From IMG/VR virus record IMGVR_UViG_3300025864_000012, positions 30,143 through 94,142 of that record: a DNA stretch of 64,000 bases; one strand, given 5' to 3'. Origin of the DNA: a virus. Of this stretch, positions 19,830-27,479 are shown one piece after another. Position 1 is the stretch's first letter; each line of letters opens with the position of its first letter. A program made the position numbers and the translations under genes. Under the pieces are notes generated by a model. The model saw only the letters and a list, made by a program, of their open reading frames with translations, had not been told where the DNA came from and did no database searches.

Positions 19830-20467
19830 AACCTCATACCCTCCAAAAGCCGGGCCAACGGAGCGTTAGGCACCCGACCCTCTCGAGCTAGTAGACCGTA
19901 CAGCACAACAATCTTTCGGAACGAGCGTCCAAAGATGTGCTTACGCCGCTTCCGCACGCCCCAGAGCCAGTTCGGATCTTTGTGCCCCAGTGTGTTCGCA
20001 ATCTGCCTCCACGTCATGCCGGCATCGTCATGCATGGCATCCAACAGCGGCAAGACGTGCCCTACCGCTACGTAGGGAGCCGTCATCACTGTGGCGTCGA
20101 CTCCCAGGATGGCCTCGAGAGTCTCGGGCTTGATGCGCTTTCTCTGCCCGTCGGCAACCTTGCGCACCGTGCCAGCGTTGACACCACTGCGCCGAGCGAT
20201 CTCCGGACACGTGAGGCCCACTCTCTTCGTGACGTATTTGATGGATAGCCGCGCTTCACGCGCATTCACGGTGTTGCAAGACCCATCTCGGCGTTTGGTG
20301 CGCATCCATTCGCGGTTATAGCGACGTCTCCCTTCCACGCAACGTTCACAACGGCATCCCTTGCTATAGCCAGAAGGGCCAAGGGCATAGCCGTATGGAT
20401 GCTCCTGAGCGGCCACTGGGGATACGACAGCGTCCGCCGGGGGTGCTTCTGGTGTAACCGCCCTCAC
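19826..20467 (-). CDS. HTH DNA-binding protein with GCRC..C Zn motif
   Basis: Y..GCRCERC and two HTH-like segments (IARRSGV, IANTLGH). Confidence 0.7.
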   Translation of the reverse strand: MRAVTPEAPPADAVVSPVAAQEHPYGYALGPSGYSKGCRCERCVEGRRRYNREWMRTKRRDGSCNTVNAREARLSIKYVTKRVGLTCPEIARRSGVNAGTVRKVADGQRKRIKPETLEAILGVDATVMTAPYVAVGHVLPLLDAMHDDAGMTWRQIANTLGHKDPNWLWGVRKRRKHIFGRSFRKIVVLYGLLAREGRVPNAPLARLLEGMRL

Positions 20468-20997
20468 TCGCCTTCGGTTCTCGTCAGCGGTTCCGCATCT
20501 TCTGGGGCCTCGCTGACCGGATCGTGCTCCGGCGGGGCGGCAGCGATAGCTTCCTGGACACGGTTCTCGGAGGGTTGCGTCTTCTTGATGATGCGCGTCT
20601 TGTTCTGCGGCTGGTTCACCTTGGTGTCTTTAGCCAAATCGGGTGAACCGATGAACAGGATCTTCTTGCCGCTGCGAGACTTGCCGCTTGGGTCGGGCAC
20701 GGGGGCAATTGTGATCTGATGGCTAACCCATCCGCCGGACTTCTTGCCCCACAACTCTCTCAACACCATGGCGTTAGTCTTGTTCAACACATACTCACGT
20801 TTCGTCTTCTCGAAGGAGAGGATGCCGCACCGATCGTTGGAACCATCCGGCAAGCGCAGCACCTCCTCATAGGCGGCGGAAATCGTGAGTGTCACGTTCA
20901 TCCCCGCCAGATCCTCGGCGTGAAGCCACCGCTCCGGGAAGAGATCGTCGTAGTTGAACTCAGGCTTCTCGTCAGGCTCACGCTTTTCGTCAGGCAT
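20464..20997 (-). CDS. putative ssDNA-binding/annealing protein
   Basis: F...WL.AEDL.G...TI...LNKTN...WG...W pattern; acidic tail; near RecE-like nuclease. Confidence 0.5.
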   Translation of the reverse strand: MPDEKREPDEKPEFNYDDLFPERWLHAEDLAGMNVTLTISAAYEEVLRLPDGSNDRCGILSFEKTKREYVLNKTNAMVLRELWGKKSGGWVSHQITIAPVPDPSGKSRSGKKILFIGSPDLAKDTKVNQPQNKTRIIKKTQPSENRVQEAIAAAPPEHDPVSEAPEDAEPLTRTEGE

Positions 20998-21380
20998 CAG
21001 CCCTCCGGTCGCAGGATGGTCTCGGGGCATGTCCACTCGTACACCGGCTCCTCGACCTCGATGGTCGGTACCTGCTTGAGCGCCTCAGGGTCGGGCTTCT
21101 CCACGGTCTTAGTGCCGGTCTGCACGCGCTCGCAGAATGTGTTGCGCGAGATGCTGAGATCTACTTGGTGCGGCCCGAAGCGACGGCTCATGGTGTACCA
21201 GCCATCCGACGCGACCTTCTTGGATGTGCCCAACAGGCGCGTCTTCTCGGCCATCTCTTCGGAGGTATAGGCGAAGATGTTGAAGGTCTCGCCACAGTGC
21301 TTGTCGAACAATTCCGGATGTTGCCCTGCAAAGTCGGCCAGTTCGTGTAGGCCCTTCGCATATTCCTGTCCGTCCCTCAT
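20997..21380 (-). CDS. hypothetical protein
   Basis: Coupled ORF. Confidence 0.6.
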   Translation of the reverse strand: MRDGQEYAKGLHELADFAGQHPELFDKHCGETFNIFAYTSEEMAEKTRLLGTSKKVASDGWYTMSRRFGPHQVDLSISRNTFCERVQTGTKTVEKPDPEALKQVPTIEVEEPVYEWTCPETILRPEG

Positions 21381-21973
21381 TGTCCCTCCACCTTGAGCTT
21401 GATGGTCGGCTGCGTGCCTTCGACGCGTTCCCAGCGGATCGTACCGTCGGGCATCTTCACTTCACGCACCGGGAACGGGAACGCCGTCACGCGCAATTCT
21501 GAGTAGATGGGCGACAACGTACCGTCAGGGTTGGCCGCCATGATAATAGTAGCATTCGTGGTCTTGCTCGTGAACAGGCCGTTCGGTTCAGGCTGATCCA
21601 CCGTTCCAGCCGCGCCATTGCTGCCCCACGATACCTGCGACGGATTGGTGAGCTCCGTATCCATCGGGATCGGGTAGCCCTGACTCGGGGTTGAAAAGCG
21701 GATGACACCGAAGTCGTCGGTGATGTAGGACCACGTAGACACGGCCGAATTCTGCGCCTTGTAGAACTGCGTCCACAGGTCTCGGGCAAGCGAGTAGTTG
21801 AAGAACGGGGCAGGTTGGTTCTTGTTGTACACGCTCTGCTGCTGGTCCACGACTTTCTGCTCGTTACGCACGGACTGGGTGTTATCGCCGCACCCAGAAG
21901 ACCCCATGCTGATCTGCGCCGCGCCGATCAGAATGATGAGAAGGACGACTGCACTCAGTATACGCTTCTTCAT
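21377..21973 (-). CDS. putative lipoprotein / secreted protein
   Basis: MKKR plus hydrophobic signal and SSGCG lipobox-like Cys; GYPIP, LTNP, QPEPNGLF motifs. Confidence 0.7.
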   Translation of the reverse strand: MKKRILSAVVLLIILIGAAQISMGSSGCGDNTQSVRNEQKVVDQQQSVYNKNQPAPFFNYSLARDLWTQFYKAQNSAVSTWSYITDDFGVIRFSTPSQGYPIPMDTELTNPSQVSWGSNGAAGTVDQPEPNGLFTSKTTNATIIMAANPDGTLSPIYSELRVTAFPFPVREVKMPDGTIRWERVEGTQPTIKLKVEGQ

Positions 21974-21985
21974 GAAACCCCCCCT

Positions 21986-22333
21986 TTACTGTTGCCCCGC
22001 GATGAGCGCGGAGACTTCTGGTGGCACATACTGCGCGTCGATGGTGCGGGCGATGGTAGCCATCTGCCGCACGAGGACGGCCTTCTGCGCCTTGTACCCC
22101 TCTGTGATAGCGGGGTCATCTGTGGCCATGGCCTTGGTGTCAAGATCCAGCCATGCTTGGTACTTCTCGGACAGCTTGTCTTGCATCGTGATGACGTACT
22201 GGTTCGAGTTGTGAATCGCCCGGGTCTGCAGGTTCTGCCACGGAAGCTGAAGCCACCCGACCCAAAACACAAGACCTGTGACGATGACGAGCGCGGCAAT
22301 GCCTGCCACGATCCATAGAAGGACTATCTTCAC
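21986..22333 (-). CDS. membrane-anchored protein
   Basis: N-terminal TM helix followed by a helical domain. Confidence 0.65.
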   Translation of the reverse strand: MKIVLLWIVAGIAALVIVTGLVFWVGWLQLPWQNLQTRAIHNSNQYVITMQDKLSEKYQAWLDLDTKAMATDDPAITEGYKAQKAVLVRQMATIARTIDAQYVPPEVSALIAGQQ

Positions 22334-22336
22334 TCG

Positions 22337-23140
22337 CTACTCCTCAAATGCTATGTCGAGCTCTGTCAGATCGCTCTCTGACGGCAGCGCCCAGCTAGGT
22401 AGCCAGAGCTCCTCTTCCTCCGGGAAACGACCCGGCCATTCGTTCTTGTCGCGGCACTCTACAAGCTGCCGAAGTAGACGACGCACTTGGTCCTCGCCCA
22501 CGGTGAGCATGTCCTCCGTGATGTCGAACACGCCGACGTCATAGGGCAGGGTCTTCTCGACGGCAAGCAGTTTCACGGGCCGGGCGTAATCCAGGGCTAT
22601 CAGCCCCATGTTGTAAAACGCCAGCTGGCAGTGGTACTGGTAGCGTGCCACTGCGTTCCGGAAGTTGCGATAATCGAGGTCCGCTGTCGACTTGAGGTCC
22701 TGCAGGATCTCCGGTGTGAGCCAGTCCAGTCGGGCCTTGCAGCTCAATCCCGTCTCGGTATCTACCCACATGATGACCTGCTCGGCCTTGCCCTCGCTGA
22801 GATACTGCTTCGCCACGGGGTGGCGGTGCACGGCGTCGCGCATGGCCAATGCCTGCTCGTACTCAGGCGTCTTCAGAATGGTCTTGTCCGCATTTGCCTG
22901 CTTGAACGCCTTGAACGAGTTGGTGTTGCGGTTTTCGTCGTTGAGCACGTAGTCGACCATGAAGCGATCCGGCTCGAAGATGGCCGTATGGATAGCACGC
23001 CCCATCGCGAACACCGCGCTGTCGGTGCGCTCCGCCGTCAGTCTGTAGAGGTAGTGCGCTGGGGAGCGGCCCATTTCCTTGAGGGTGCTCCAGTTGACTG
23101 CCGGAATCTCACAGTAGTCGGCGAAAGGTACAGTTGTCAC
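22337..23140 (-). CDS. PD-(D/E)XK exonuclease, RecE/ExoVIII-like
   Basis: S.LK...SPAHY, G.AIH...EP, CKARLD, DLKST, Y..QLAFY, AVEK..PY. Confidence 0.85.
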   Translation of the reverse strand: MTTVPFADYCEIPAVNWSTLKEMGRSPAHYLYRLTAERTDSAVFAMGRAIHTAIFEPDRFMVDYVLNDENRNTNSFKAFKQANADKTILKTPEYEQALAMRDAVHRHPVAKQYLSEGKAEQVIMWVDTETGLSCKARLDWLTPEILQDLKSTADLDYRNFRNAVARYQYHCQLAFYNMGLIALDYARPVKLLAVEKTLPYDVGVFDITEDMLTVGEDQVRRLLRQLVECRDKNEWPGRFPEEEELWLPSWALPSESDLTELDIAFEE

Positions 23141-23625
23141 CCTTCGTCGTCCTCGTCCTTCAGTGAAGCCCAGCAGACGCCGCATAGCGGCACGCCCTCG
23201 TTGTCGTAGTGAATCGTGTCGGTGGTCCACTCTCCGCAGCCGCCCTCACAGGTCTCGGTGTCGAGGACGGCAATGTGCTCGCACAGTTCGTCGACGCGGC
23301 CCCCGAAGGCGTGCTCCAGAAGGGCGTCGAACGCCGCGAACGCATCGCCCTTGCACATCTTCAGCAGCGTGCGTGTGGCGAACTCTTCTTTGTTGAGGCG
23401 GTTGCTCTCTCCGCGCGCCGCTGACAACAGGTACTCCAGATGCTCAGCACGACGCTCCAGGCCCTTGATAGCGGTCCTGCGGTGCGTGGCCTTGAGATGG
23501 GCGTGCGCGGAGTCTACCCTGAGAGCCTCGACCCTCTCCTCCAACTCAAAGATGTATGTCTTGTCGGCGTTGAGAACCTGCCTGACTTGCGGGTCGTCCA
23601 GTACAGAAGTCATGATGGATGCCAT
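23137..23625 (-). CDS. hypothetical protein
   Basis: Coiled coil plus C-terminal CxxxC...CxxC. Confidence 0.55.
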   Translation of the reverse strand: MASIMTSVLDDPQVRQVLNADKTYIFELEERVEALRVDSAHAHLKATHRRTAIKGLERRAEHLEYLLSAARGESNRLNKEEFATRTLLKMCKGDAFAAFDALLEHAFGGRVDELCEHIAVLDTETCEGGCGEWTTDTIHYDNEGVPLCGVCWASLKDEDDEG

Positions 23626-23631
23626 TTCTAT

Positions 23632-23823
23632 CTACCTCCTGATGCCGCAATCCTTAGTAATGAACTCGCACTTCTTGCGCCGCTGGAGCATGAGGCGCAT
23701 ATGCTCTGGTGCCTGTTCGATGGCCGCTTCTATGGCCCCCTTCCGATCATAGGCTTGGACTTGTTGGTTGAGAAGTCCCTTGACGATGACCTCCCATTCA
23801 TGTATGGCGCGACGACGTGACAT
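23632..23823 (-). CDS. small hypothetical protein
   Basis: GAGG RBS, 63 aa. Confidence 0.55.
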   Translation of the reverse strand: MSRRRAIHEWEVIVKGLLNQQVQAYDRKGAIEAAIEQAPEHMRLMLQRRKKCEFITKDCGIRR

Positions 23824-23837
23824 GCCAGGGCCCTCCT

Positions 23838-24593
23838 CTACCTGATCTCGTCCACGAGACCGTACTTCAGCGCCGTCTCGGAGTCAATCCACCAATCCTT
23901 GCGTTTCCAGTTCTTGATGAAGGAGGCCCTGGTGATCTTGCCTCTAGAGCGGTTGACAAAGATATCGGTGATGTGCTTCTGGATTTGCTCCACCCAAGCC
24001 ACGGTATCTTTGACGTCGCCCATCTTACCCTCTGTTTCGAAGCTTGCTTCATGAATCAAAAGCGAGGCCTGCCGCCCCATGACCCGCGTGGAGCCCGCCT
24101 GCAAAAGAATGGCCGCCATCGAGGCAGCCCAGCCGCGTGCTACGGTCGTGACCTCATGCCCGTTGTCAACGAGCGAGCTGACGTAGTCGTACAGAGCCAT
24201 GCCGGCCACAATGTGGCCACCACCGCTCATGATCTCCAGTTCTATGTCGCATCCCGGGTCAGAACGCGACCACAATGTCAACATGGCAACACATTGCTCC
24301 ACGGATTCGTCAGTGACATTACCCATGAAGCGGTAGACTTTGAAGTGGTGGTCTGAGAAGGTGAATGCCTTGTGACACTCCTCGTACTCGGCTAGCCCCA
24401 TCTCAGCCTGACGGGCGGTGCAGCGGGCCGTCCGGGCATTCGCTTTTGCCTCTGCGCCCTCAGCAGCCAGCTTGCGAGCCAACACCCTCTCCCTTAGGGC
24501 CTCAGCGCGACTCTTCTCCGCTTTGGCCATCTTCGTCTGGAATTCGGCTTCGATCAAGCGCGGGTCGGTCGGGGTGACTGGAACATCAGACAA
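23838..24593 (-). CDS. clpP: ClpP-family serine protease with N-terminal helical extension (copy 2)
   Basis: SGGG, AASMA, IHE, RKDWWI..E.ALKYGLVDE; clear paralogue of 7880..8626. Confidence 0.88.
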   Translation of the reverse strand: MSDVPVTPTDPRLIEAEFQTKMAKAEKSRAEALRERVLARKLAAEGAEAKANARTARCTARQAEMGLAEYEECHKAFTFSDHHFKVYRFMGNVTDESVEQCVAMLTLWSRSDPGCDIELEIMSGGGHIVAGMALYDYVSSLVDNGHEVTTVARGWAASMAAILLQAGSTRVMGRQASLLIHEASFETEGKMGDVKDTVAWVEQIQKHITDIFVNRSRGKITRASFIKNWKRKDWWIDSETALKYGLVDEIR

Positions 24594-24710
24594 TATGGCC
24601 CTCCTTGAGTTGTGGTCATGCTAACGCCAAGCGCAAAGCCGAACAACTGATGGATCCCCGTGAACCACAGGGCAACCGTGGCCCCCACTGGGCCGCCGGT
24701 CACATCCATA

Positions 24711-24739
24711 ATGTTACTCCCACCGACGGTCTGTGTAAA
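24711..24739 (-). promoter_or_regulatory. promoter TTTACA-N17-TAACAT
   Basis: Exact spacing, upstream of clpP copy 2. Confidence 0.65.
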
Positions 24740-24806
24740 GGGGCAATTCTCACCATCCTCTGTGAAACCTCCTAGTTCCCGTTCTAGAAGCGCGGTGCTG
24801 TGGTTC

Positions 24807-24835
24807 ATCTTACACCATTGTCGTCCCAATGTAAA
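24807..24835 (-). promoter_or_regulatory. promoter TTTACA-N17-TAAGAT
   Basis: Exact spacing, just downstream of a terminator. Confidence 0.65.
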
Positions 24836-24848
24836 TGGCCCGGACACG

Positions 24849-24891
24849 AAAAACGGGCCGGACCAACCAAAAGGTCAGTCCGGCCCGTTTC
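24849..24891 (-). terminator. intrinsic terminator
   Basis: AAACGGGCCGGAC/GTCCGGCCCGTTT stem with U-tract on the minus strand after the holin-like gene. Confidence 0.8.
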
Positions 24892-24909
24892 AATGATCAG
24901 GCAGTTATG

Positions 24910-25110
24910 TTAGAACTTGGTGTCTGGCCAGATGGCCTTCTTGATACCATAGAGCACGCCGCCGCCGATCAAGGCGATGGTCGCGTTCTCCACGCCGACG
25001 CTCTCGAGATTGCCGGGGTTCGCCAACCAAGCTACGCCTGCCCCGATGAGGGGAAAGACGATCGTCCAAAAGGCGCGGATGAGTGCAGCCTGAAGGAGTT
25101 TCCAGTTCAT
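24910..25110 (-). CDS. holin-like small membrane protein
   Basis: 66 aa, two TM helices, ALIRAFWT motif reminiscent of actinophage holins, basic C-terminus. Confidence 0.55.
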   Translation of the reverse strand: MNWKLLQAALIRAFWTIVFPLIGAGVAWLANPGNLESVGVENATIALIGGGVLYGIKKAIWPDTKF

Positions 25111-25112
25111 TG

Positions 25113-25238
25113 TCACCTCCTTCTACGGTTACGAATAAACAGGACGCCGTAGAACACAAGGCCCACGCCGATGACGAATGGAGCGACTATGAGGGCGTTC
25201 TGTGTCTCTTGCCACCAGAGGTTGAAGTCGAAGCTCAT
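25113..25238 (-). CDS. small membrane peptide (41 aa)
   Basis: ATGA-coupled; TM helix followed by RNRRRR. Confidence 0.5.
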   Translation of the reverse strand: MSFDFNLWWQETQNALIVAPFVIGVGLVFYGVLFIRNRRRR

Positions 25239-26140
25239 TGTGCCCCTGATTCGAACGCTTGCTCCGCGAGCTTCTCCTTGTACCATTCCGGCAGGCCAAA
25301 CGTCGCACGGCGCATCAGCTCAGGGCTGAACTCTTGCCAGAGGAACTTGAGGATCGCGTCACGCTCTTCCTCAGCGATGTCACGCTTGGCCTCGGCTATG
25401 AGCTTACCAATGTCCCTTGGTGAATTCTCGAGCTCCCCGTTGTCCCTGAGGTGCTGGACCGCCTTCTCGAAGCGGGCATCAGTGCGGAATCCATCTTTGA
25501 AAGCGTCCCACTTCCCCTTGGAAGTGTTCTCCTTGCTCCAGCCGCTGATGTGCTTTTCCTTGAACGCCTCACTGACAAACTTGCCGCACATGAGGGGGAT
25601 AGGCTGGCCACCTAGGAGGAAGGGGCGAGCATAGTTCTTGACGACTACGCCCTCTACCTTCGTCCCACCAAGGTAGCTGTCAGTCTCGAGCATGGCCTTC
25701 AGCTCATCGGCTGACTTTATCAGCCCCTGATAAATCAGAGGTACAGCCTCAAGGTCGATACTGCCGGCCAGTTCCGCAAGCTCCTCGTACTCCGAAACGA
25801 AGGTGTCACCGGGCGTGGAGGCACCGAAGATGACGATGTGGTTCCGGGGGATGCGCTGGTAGCAGAGCGTGTTGTGCTTGGGCTTCCTCAGGTACTCGCC
25901 GTAGAACAAGATGTCGTTAGGCAGGTCGACGCTGTGGACATAGTCCCAGGCATCCATGAACATTTTATCAACAGCACCCTCGTACTGCTCCTTGCCCTTG
26001 GAGCGACACTTCGCTTCGCCGTTCACGCGGCCAAACACGAATTGGCTTCCGTCAATTTTCTCGGTGATTTCTACTTCGTCCAGAAACAAATCGGCGATAT
26101 AGTCTTGGCCCACTGCAAATATTTTAGGAAAGGCGTGCAT
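25235..26140 (-). CDS. ATP-dependent RNA ligase, Rnl2-like
   Basis: FPKI N-terminus, motif I TEKIDGSQF, YGE, IFG, VP.IY.G, EGVVVK, K.VSEAFKE. Confidence 0.82.
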   Translation of the reverse strand: MHAFPKIFAVGQDYIADLFLDEVEITEKIDGSQFVFGRVNGEAKCRSKGKEQYEGAVDKMFMDAWDYVHSVDLPNDILFYGEYLRKPKHNTLCYQRIPRNHIVIFGASTPGDTFVSEYEELAELAGSIDLEAVPLIYQGLIKSADELKAMLETDSYLGGTKVEGVVVKNYARPFLLGGQPIPLMCGKFVSEAFKEKHISGWSKENTSKGKWDAFKDGFRTDARFEKAVQHLRDNGELENSPRDIGKLIAEAKRDIAEEERDAILKFLWQEFSPELMRRATFGLPEWYKEKLAEQAFESGAQ

Positions 26141-26143
26141 GAT

Positions 26144-26761
26144 TCAGTCCCAGAGGCTGCCGTAGTTGTTGATGAAGAGCAGGAAGCCGTCATGGTGCAT
26201 ACGCTCAAGCTCGCGTTCTGCTTCACTCTCCCCGTGCCAGCCATACTCGTTGAGCAGCGCCCACGCCGCAAACCCATCGGCCATGCGATTCAGCGCGTCA
26301 CGCCACGCCACCATACCGTCTCCGCCCTCCTCTGTCTCTTCGGAAGTCTCAGGGTCGTAGTCCATCGAGTAAATGGCCCTGCCATCGGGTCCGAGAATCT
26401 GAGCGGGATGGCCATGCTCCTTCTCGGCAAGGTGACGCAACGCGTCTGGAAGCCACCCGGCAAGATAATGATCCAGGCCCCACCAATCCTGCTGACCCCA
26501 ACCATGGAGGCCACGAAGGTAGAAGTTCTTCAGCGCACCCCACCAATAGAGATGAACGACCTGATCGCGCACAAATCGATAGACAGTCCAATACCTGTCG
26601 TGAAGCCAATCATACCAATGCTTCTCATCGTTGTCGGCAAAGATTCGGTCAAGGCCATCCGACCTTCCCGCCGCAATGCGCGCACGAGACTCATCGCGCC
26701 ACTTGAGATGGCGCTCGTCCCATTCCTTCATTAGCTGTTCGGATGCTTCTTGAAGATTCAC
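26144..26761 (-). CDS. conserved phage hypothetical protein
   Basis: W.LD.YLA...P.AL...GHP...W...L..M..GF...GF.LF...Y..LWD pattern. Confidence 0.7.
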   Translation of the reverse strand: MNLQEASEQLMKEWDERHLKWRDESRARIAAGRSDGLDRIFADNDEKHWYDWLHDRYWTVYRFVRDQVVHLYWWGALKNFYLRGLHGWGQQDWWGLDHYLAGWLPDALRHLAEKEHGHPAQILGPDGRAIYSMDYDPETSEETEEGGDGMVAWRDALNRMADGFAAWALLNEYGWHGESEAERELERMHHDGFLLFINNYGSLWD

Positions 26762-26823
26762 GAATTCCCCCCACTAGCTAAAGAAGTGACCACGACAACA
26801 AGGTTACCCAGAGTCACACTCGA

Positions 26824-26852
26824 AGTATACGCTAAATGTTGGTAGATGTAAA
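26824..26852 (-). promoter_or_regulatory. promoter TTTACA-N17-TATACT
   Basis: Exact spacing; would drive the 26144 gene and RNA ligase. Confidence 0.7.
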
Positions 26853-26859
26853 GACTTCC

Positions 26860-27044
26860 GGCAGGACTCTCAGTCCCTGCATCACTTTCGTACGCGGTGC
26901 TCCGACAGATGACCAACTGTCCCGGTTTGGTTGTCCCTACTGAGGGCTGGTGGCGGTCGTTGCCGCCACAGTCGTTTTGTTCTGAGCACATGCGGTACGT
27001 GGTCGAAGAGAGCTTCTCCACCTCGGATGCCTATCTTCACGGCT
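26860..27044 (-). ncRNA. candidate structured ncRNA 3' of tRNA-Asn
   Basis: Nested helices GCATC/GATGC, CGTAC/GTACG, GTGCTC/GAGCAC, GTGGCGG/CCGCCAC, and a GCAGGGAC/GTCCTGC hairpin. Confidence 0.4.
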
Positions 27045-27120
27045 TGGCTGGCGCGGCAGGCATCGAACCTGCGACCGCTCCGGTAACAGCGGAGTGCTCT
27101 ACCTGCTGAGCTACGCGCCA
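27045..27120 (-). tRNA. tRNA-Asn(GTT)
   Basis: 76-nt cloverleaf, anticodon loop CT-GTT-AC, G73, encoded CCA. Confidence 0.95.
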
Positions 27121-27122
27121 AT

Positions 27123-27212
27123 TGGCGGATGAGGTAGGATTCGAACCCACGGAGCTGTTACGCTCGGCTGTTTTCAAGACAGCTGCCTTCAACCAGACTC
27201 GGCCACTCATCC
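27123..27212 (-). tRNA. tRNA-Ser(TGA)
   Basis: Long variable arm, loop CT-TGA-AA, G73, CCA. Confidence 0.95.
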
Positions 27213-27213
27213 T

Positions 27214-27299
27214 TGGCGGATGGAGCAGGATTCGAACCTGCGACGGTGTGACCCGTTGCGGCTTAGCAAGCCGGTGCCTTACCTCTCGGCCATCCATCC
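27214..27299 (-). tRNA. tRNA-Ser(GCT)
   Basis: Long variable arm, loop TT-GCT-AA, G73, CCA; C27-C43 mismatch. Confidence 0.92.
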
Positions 27300-27303
27300 T
27301 TAG

Positions 27304-27392
27304 TGGTGAGCAGGGTAGGATTCGAACCTACAGGAGACCCAGTCTCAACGAGGTTACAGCCCGCCGCGACGCACCGTCTTCGCCGCCCGCTC
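27304..27392 (-). tRNA. tRNA-Tyr(GTA)
   Basis: Long variable arm, loop CT-GTA-AC, A73, CCA; C at position 8. Confidence 0.9.
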
Positions 27393-27395
27393 AAT

Positions 27396-27476
27396 TGGTG
27401 GAGGCGGCCGGAATCGAACCGGCGTCCTCGGGTTGCCCATCAGGCCCTAGCCCAAGTCGATACCATTATCGCCCCC
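27396..27476 (-). ncRNA. tmRNA-like RNA consisting only of the tRNA-like domain (81 nt)
   Basis: GGGGGCG/CGCCTCC acceptor with G3-U70, A73, CCA; stemless D-loop ATAATGGTATCGAC; GAC-GCCGG-TTCGATT-CCGGC T arm; only about 30 nt between D and T regions. Confidence 0.8.
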
Positions 27477-27479
27477 ATT

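Noticed and set aside
26860-27044. Theta/HDV-like or hammerhead ribozyme, RNase P RNA or group I intron after tRNA-Asn
   Set aside because: Could not build the nested double pseudoknot, CUGANGA core, P4 or P7 elements by eye
27396-27430. attP-type tmRNA 3' fragment
   Set aside because: Both the 5' and 3' halves of the tRNA-like domain are present and pair perfectly; no integrase nearby
27396-27476. Ordinary tRNA-Ala or tRNA-Ile(GAT)
   Set aside because: No proper D stem or 5-bp anticodon stem; D-loop and GAC linker match tmRNA
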